DNA of 43,515 nucleotides, filler included, from Jimgerdemannia flammicorona (lineage: Eukaryota): NCBI GenBank assembly GCA_003990765.1. It is 2 parts of 2 records of this genome, joined end to end, with 100 filler letters (N's around TTAATTAATTAA, not from the genome) between each part and the next. Parts side by side here need not be neighbours in the genome. Positions count along the whole stretch, not along the records: positions 21,809 to 43,515 come from RBNJ01001407.1; 1 more part is not named here. One strand, written 5' to 3'. A program made the position numbers and the translations under genes. Within the stretch, counting starts at the first letter, position 1, and each line of letters opens with the position of its first letter. Shown piece by piece: positions 37,227-43,515 of the stretch. The notes below the pieces were generated by a model, which was given only the letters and a program-made list of their open reading frames with translations, searched no databases and was not told the origin of the DNA.

Positions 37227-37770
37227 ATAGCCCTCAAGATCACCAGTACTACACAATGAGCCATAGAAAGACAATGGTATACTACTGAGCTACTGATCAT
37301 GAAAGAATTCTTTGATAGTATTCAGAGTATAATCCAGATACACTTATCACAAATCTTGTACTTCAAGGCCTACCAGAACTAGACTGAGTTTTAAGAATAT
37401 TTCAAGTTAGAACAACTACTAAACTCACAGTCAGAGATAAGAAAAGAAGACTAGATTAGAGAGTACCAGCTCTCTTACACTCAGATTACTATTACCAAAA
37501 GAGTGTACAAGTTATTTAAAGAAGATAAATAAGCTCTAGCTCATTTCTGAGAAGTAGCTCTAGAAAACTTTGGATATATCAAGAAATACTATTGGAAGAA
37601 CATAATGACATAAATCATACAGTACAAAGAGATACAAATTATAGAAGCTTGGAAGTTTGAGTGAATAAGATACTCTAGAGATAAATTATCTATTCAGGAG
37701 TAAGTTATGATGATTGATCTAAATTAGAAATATGAATTAAGAGAATAGACATTCGATCATAGTATCTAAA
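37227..37770 (+). pseudogene. Gypsy accessory ORF (copy in D), ~180 codons, between integrase and 3' LTR
   Basis: One frame reads ...EYFKLEQLLNSQSEIRKED*IREYQLSYTQITITKRVYKLFKEDK*ALAHF*EVALENFGYIKKYYW.... Start is ATA (inferred mutated ATG) at 37227. Confidence 0.68.
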
Positions 37771-37783
37771 TCTGATTTCTAAA

Positions 37784-38178
37784 TATAATATAGTCTTACA
37801 AATAGCAGCCATATTTCACAAGTTTTAACAAATGTTAAAGTATTTACAAATATTGAAAACTTTACAGATGTTAAAGTTTTGGCAATTGTTAAAGATTTAG
37901 CAGATGTTGAAAAGTAACTTACAGGAAATATAGTTATAACTTAGCCACCTTATAGCTAGTAAACTTGTATAAATATCTTCAGTATTTAGAATAAATAAAC
38001 CTTAGATCAAAATAGTTCAAAGCAAAGAGAAAGTAAAGGAACTAGTAAGCTTATGGACAGATATACTTTGAACTCACTCACTCCTATATTCTGAAGACTC
38101 TGTGGAATCAAAAAAGATTAAGTTTTCAAGATATAGAAATCTAACATACTTACACAGTTACATATCTGCTATATTATA
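37784..38178 (+). repeat. 3' LTR of Gypsy D (~395 bp)
   Basis: TATAATATAG...CTATATTATA is the transition-mutated form of TGTAACGTAG...CTACGTTACA. The 3' end is fixed by two other copies; the 5' end is inferred. Confidence 0.75.
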
Positions 38179-38329
38179 TTGTACAAATCTATACAAATCA
38201 TACATCTATATAATCTATATAATTATAAGTTTTATATGGTTGTACTTTTATATAATTATATAAATTATATAACTATAAGATTAAATAACTATTAAATTAT
38301 AATATTATACTATATTGGGAATCAGACTC

Positions 38330-38855
38330 AGATACTATAATCAAATATCTATCTTTTGATTATATTTCCTAATTTAAATTAACTGTTACAACTTCTTTCT
38401 AAATAAGTAATTTTATCTTTAAATTATCTTATTTAAACTCTCAAGCTTCTACTAGTTATATATTCTGATATTGTATAATCTGTCCAATTATATTCTCTCA
38501 ATAATCTACCAGAAATCTTCTAGAACTACTTCTCAGAAATGAGTTAGAGCTTACTTATTATTTTTGAATAATTTGTAGATCTACTTGATAATAGTGATTT
38601 GAGTGTAAGATATCTAACTGATAATCTACTCTCCTTTGGTCATATTTTTCTTTTTATTTAGTAATTATCTCAACTTGAAGTATTTTTAAAACTCAGTACA
38701 GTTTTGTAGACTCCAAAATATAAAATACATATAAGTATATCTATATATATAATACTTTGAATACTATCAAATAATTCCTCTATAGCCAGTAGTTTAATAG
38801 AGCATTATTATCTTTCTATAACTTACTAGATAGTACTAGTGATCTTGAGAGCTAT
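38330..38855 (-). pseudogene. Gypsy accessory ORF (copy in E)
   Basis: Nucleotide homologue of 37227-37770; reads YFKLR*LL...SYTQITIIK*IYKLFK...ALTHF*EVVLE. Confidence 0.65.
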
Positions 38856-40793
38856 AGTAGTACTTTGTTAGTTAGCTATAGTATTTCTTGAGTTATTTTT
38901 GATAAATAGTAATAAGGATAATTATATGTATCTAATAATTTCTGTAGCCAAAAGATAATTTCTTTTATATTTTATACAAGATAAGATTCTTCTCACTTAG
39001 GCTCTAGTTTTTACAACTATAAAGTTTTTACTATATTTTAACATATCAGAACTTTGTCTCTTATCTTGATAATCTCTAAGAGTTTATAGATCTTCTCTAT
39101 ATTATTCTATTATAATGTCTGTATCTAATTATGTAATTTTCAGCCTTCTTTCTTATTTGATACAATCTTTGTATCTTGGTGTCTACTTATTTTCATATTG
39201 TATCTCTATTAGATAATAAGGTTTCTTTAGAACTCTTTTCTCTGAATAGTAATTTCTGAGAGATAAAGTGAGTACTTGTGATCATATATCTCAAAGAGCA
39301 GATAATGCTATTGGTAGATAGTAGTCTCAATTTTTATAGTTATTGTAGATCTAGTAATAATATTCTTAAGAATCTTATTAGTTCTTTCTATCTGTCTATT
39401 CTCTTAAAGATGATAAGCTGTAATTCAAATATACTGAATCTTGTACTTCTTGTAGAAAACCTCAAAGAGCTGATTTATAAATTCTATTTCTCTGTCTATT
39501 ATTACTTACTTCAGTATCTTGAATTGGCAGATAATTTCTCTATAGAAAAAATCAGTAATTGACTATATATTAACTTCTTTGAGGAGTCCTACTTTTATTC
39601 ATTTTGTAAAGTGATCTATAATAATAATAATATATTGGTTACTAGTTAATTTCAGGGATAGAGAGCTAGTTATATCTATTACAATATAGGCAAATAGTAC
39701 TAGTTTTATATCTGATAACTCTGGTATCTGATTTCATTAATCTTGCTTTTAATTCTAATATTTATTACAGATCTTGACAAATTATCTAATATCTTTCTCT
39801 ATTCCTAGTTACTATATTATTCTTCTTATTTTATTATAGATATTTATTCCTCTTAGATAGCTAAGTTTATATACTGACTTTATTACTTACTCTTTTTTAT
39901 ACTCTGATATAACTAGTAGTTTTCCTTTTTTAGTATTTCTCTATTGGTTTTAAATTATTTCTATATTCTGTTAATAATTATTTATATCTATTCTTTTAGA
40001 TATTAGAGCATTTTTTACTATCTCAGATAGATGATAATTCTATAGTAAAGTTCTTTATTTATATATATCTGTTTTATTAGTTGTAGGTCTTTTAGAGTAT
40101 CTGTAAGAGAGTATCTATATTAGTATTAGTTTTTTCTAAATGGTAAATGATAGTTATATCATAGACTTATAGTTTTATAATCTGTCTGATAAATATTTCT
40201 TTGAGTTTACTTATAGTCAACAACTAGGTAAGGGCTGAGTGATCTATCAGGATGATGAAATGTTTTCTTATAAAGTAGTAGTAGAACTTCTCTACAGTTC
40301 AGATAACTGCAAGATACTCCAACTTATATAATTTATATTCTCTTTCTTCTTTATGAGTTTCTTAGCTGAGATATATAATTATATACTTAACTTTATTCTT
40401 CTTTTATATAAAAACAGCTCTTATCTAATTAAGCTCACATCTATCTATAGAATAAACTCTTAAGATCAGTCAGATCTTCTCAGAATAGATATCTAGATCA
40501 ATTAGATCTTGAGATATTCAAAGCTTATTACTATCTATCAGTTTATTGAAACCTGATATCCTTCTTAAATAGATTATAGATAGAACCTATAATATTGGAG
40601 AATTTTTTGATAAATCTTTTATAATAGGTAGTGAGTCTCATAAAGACTTGGATTTTAGTAACTATAGTAGGTTTTAGATAGACTGCAACTACTTAAATCT
40701 TAATAAACTCTAGTCTAATTGATGATATATCTAAGGTATAAGATCTCAATTTCTGTAAACTTATACTTCTTTAGCTTAATAAATAGATCATAC

Positions 40794-42507
40794 TAGTGCT
40801 CTAAATAAGCTGATCTGGATTGATTTGAAGTAGCTTATAGGTGGTATAATTTGAAGAGAATTCAATATATTAATATTATTATTTTGATTTCCAAATTAGA
40901 TAATTAAATATTTATATCAATAATTTAATAAAATATCATCTAATCTTGATAATTATAGTATTATTCAAAAGTCCTTAATAAGACTTTTCTAATAATATCA
41001 AGATTATTAAAATTGGATAACATATTGCTAAGTTATTAAGGAAAATATCCAACTTGCCAATTTTGGAAATATTGATAACTTGGTAATGTGTCATTCAATT
41101 TTAATATTCTTGATATTATTAGAAAGGTCTGTTTAAGGGCTTTTGAATGAGATTATAATAATCCCCCAAAAACAGCTCCTTTCTCTGCTACCTTACCAGT
41201 CACAAGGTTTGGTAGGTGACCTTTCGAGTCCCCTTTCCCCTAATATTACCCCCCTCTACCTCAGGTTGGTTTGCTGTACCTGCAGGGGCATGGTGGGAGG
41301 AGGGCAATGGTGATAAGTTGCCCCTTTATCAGTATTGGATTGGTGCTTCCTCCACTTTTTCGCGGATTCTGGTGCCTTCAGCTACATCTGGGGTGTACCC
41401 ATTTTGGTATAGTGCCTTCTTCCTTTTGCTGTTGCCAATAAGGTGCTGTCTCAGTGTATCTTGGGCTACATAGGGAGTTGGCCGACCTTAGGTGTCAAGT
41501 GCTCAGTGTAGGTTACCTGCAGGTCCTCGGTGTCTGTGGTGGGGCCCTCTGGCTTTGGCGAGCTTCCCGGCGAGCACAGTTCTGGTGTAGGTGACTGTTT
41601 TTTGGGTATTGTTGGGATGGGAGGGGAGATGGCCATCACAGATAGGAGGAAGGGTGATTACGGTGAACCAGTAGGGTGCCAGGCTGGAGGCAGTTGTCAG
41701 GGCTGGGGCAGGTACTGCTTCAGTGGGGCCTTTTGATTGATGTGGTATAGTTAGGTGGTAGGTGTCACTCTCAGCTTCTTTTGGTGATTTGTGGGGTTGG
41801 GCCTCGGTCATTGGAGGGGGTCGAGGGGCCCGAGGCTACCCATTTCAGACGTCTTGGCTATACTTAACTGGAACTGGGAGCTGATACAGCAATATGATCG
41901 AGGCCCGCAGGCTTAAGTAGGGGTTTCCTCCCACCTCATATATAAGTCCTCTACTCACCTCGACTAGGAGAACCAGGCCCTACCCACCGTGTTGTGCTTT
42001 GATGAGGGTTTTTTCTTTACCTGTCATTCTCTTTGAGGTGGCAGGGGCTATTCTATTCAGCTCGGGCATAGCCTTGTACATACGTTGGGTTCTCGGGAAT
42101 GTGCTTTCGGTCGTTAGCATATGGCTGGGTTTTCCCCTGGTGGTAGGGAGAGCATGGTGCGCAGAATGAGGTGCGGGCTACTTTGCCCTGCTGCACCTGG
42201 CATGGTTGAGCTGCTGGACAATAGCTAGCCTAGGTTAATGGGGGGGCAGTGCTTGATGAGTGGTGGGGGAGGATTTTGGCCTATATAGTCTAGGTTCCCT
42301 TCCAATAAAAATCCGCAGGACATAGAGTCTGTTAAACAAAAAAAAAAAAGAGATTATAATAATCAAAATTGGATGATTTTTTTTCAAGTTATTGATGTAA
42401 ATATTTAATTATCTAATTTGGAAATCAAAATAATAATATTGATATATCAAATTGTACCACCTATAAGCCACTTTGAATTAATCCAAATCAGCTCATTTGA
42501 AACACTA
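40794..42507. mobile_element. Fold-back MITE family 2 (~513 bp without insert), hAT-type ends
   Basis: TIRs TAGTGCTCTAAATAAGCTGA / TCAGCTCATTTGAAACACTA, long palindromic arms, flanks GATCATAC / GACTATAC (8-bp TSD). Split by the retroposon at 41164-42349. Confidence 0.87.
41164..42349 (+). mobile_element. 1186-bp non-coding poly(A) retroposon (SINE-like, or long LINE 3' UTR)
   Basis: Perfect 15-bp TSD GAGATTATAATAATC at 41149-41163 and 42350-42364; AATAAA at 42304-42309; A12 at 42338-42349; no recognisable ORF. Confidence 0.88.
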
Positions 42508-42589
42508 GACTATACTCTCTCAGTTTCTGCAAGATTTAGTAGATGTGGTTCAGATGTTCCTTAGTTATCTTACTGAAGATAATCACATT

Positions 42590-42963
42590 TAGTACTCCTA
42601 ATGAATTGAATCAAAGGTCTAATTTAATTCAATTTAAATTAAATTAAAGATCCAATTTAATTTAATTTAAATCAAATCAAAGATCTAATTCAATTTGAGA
42701 TTCAATTTAAACTCTATTTTTTGAAATATAATAACTAGATGAAAACATATCCAAATTTAATAATTCTTAGCTTGTTAGATTCCTCTATATAAGAAAATCT
42801 AACAAGCTAAAGATTGTTAAATCTGAACATATTTTTATCAAGTTATTACATTTTGAAAAATAGGATTCAAATTGGACCCTTAATTCAATTTAAATTTAAT
42901 TTGAATTAAAAAATCCCCAATTTGATTTAATTTAAATGACTCTCAATTTGTTTGGGAGTACTA
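42590..42963. mobile_element. Fold-back MITE family 1, copy 3, inserted at the RT YxDD-type motif of Gypsy E
   Basis: TAGTACTCC...GGAGTACTA; TSD ATCACATT / ATCATATT (7/8 identical). Confidence 0.9.
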
Positions 42964-43442
42964 ATCATATTATCTATATATATTTACCATTATCTACTTT
43001 TTAATATTATTATAGAAGATCTTATTCATTATTCTCTAGAGCTTACTAGAGTATTATACATTTTAAAGAGTATTTATAAATAGATATAAGTTCTATTTAG
43101 AATGATAAAAACTGACTTCTTACTGACTTTCTTTATAAGGATAATTTAATAGAATTCTGAGTATAAATCTAAAGTAGTGTAGTATTGTACTTTATATTCT
43201 AGTATATATTACTAGAATATCACTATAAGAGATAGTGGTTGACAATCCTTCTTAATAACTTTGTTGAGTTTCTATAGTTTGCATAGAGTCTTAGAGTAAA
43301 TTCTTCTAGCTTACTTTCTTTCTTCAGAGTTAGTACTATTGATAAGGACTATGGACTAATAGTCTTCTTGATGATACTGACTTCTTCCATCTATTTGATC
43401 TCCTCTCTAAGCTATTTATAATATGCTAGTAAGATTAGTCTC

Positions 43443-43446
<4 letters not shown>

Positions 43447-43494
<48 letters not shown>

Positions 43495-43515
43495 TTTTTT
43501 TTTTTTTTTTTTTTT
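43447..43515 (-). repeat. Poly(T) run, probably the tail of another non-LTR insertion extending beyond the window
   Basis: About 69 T abruptly interrupting Gypsy E pol; element body not visible. Confidence 0.55.

Larger units (their letters stand above)
30174..38178 (+). mobile_element. Near full-length Gypsy D: gag-CCHC-PR-dUTPase-RT-RNaseH-IN-accessory ORF, degenerate
   Basis: 5' LTR remnant 30174-30325, PBS TGGTATC at 30329, knuckle CYTCGEEDH (~32805), IIDTGVG (~33421), dUTPase 34090-34503, RT (P*ASPVV; VYIDDII ~35190), RNase H (DAS ~35640), integrase to ~37209, 3' LTR 37784-38178. No chromodomain seen. Confidence 0.92.
38179..43446 (-). mobile_element. Gypsy E: inverted, more degenerate relative of D (RT-RNaseH-IN-accessory ORF-LTR start)
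   Basis: Reverse complement aligns with 34745-37810. Interrupted by MITEs at 40794-42507 and 42590-42963. Confidence 0.85.

Overview
This is eukaryotic, almost certainly fungal, genomic DNA. It holds one intact host gene: a two-exon, secreted, probably GPI-anchored CFEM-type protein at 1351-2112, in a small CpG-retaining island. The remaining ~40 kb is nested, mostly degenerate transposons carrying heavy C>T/G>A mutation. Elements resolved by eye: (1) seven Ty3/Gypsy segments, labelled here A', A, B, F, C, D and E, plus a young D-type LTR; three encode a dUTPase, in two different polyprotein positions, and two end in a chromodomain; (2) a full-length L1/Tx1-like LINE with a 15-bp TSD and a 5'-truncated relative; (3) a 1.2-kb non-coding poly(A) retroposon with a 15-bp TSD; (4) a Tc1 (DD34E) element with long TIRs; (5) four fold-back hAT-type MITEs with 8-bp TSDs; (6) a block of four tandem arrays; (7) an artificial 100-nt assembly spacer. 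The most interesting signal is a cryptic accessory ORF family with the motif Y[YF]x[IL]G.L[LI]-x22-24-[AT][KR][RK]xxxLF. It lies 3' of pol in four Gypsy copies from three families, and in the youngest copy it sits inside a 2.06-kb LTR. Also notable are a 6-nt micro-LINE insertion upstream of the CFEM gene and a shared 3' stem-loop in the non-LTR elements. All alignments and translations were done by eye. Boundaries of degenerate elements are approximate.
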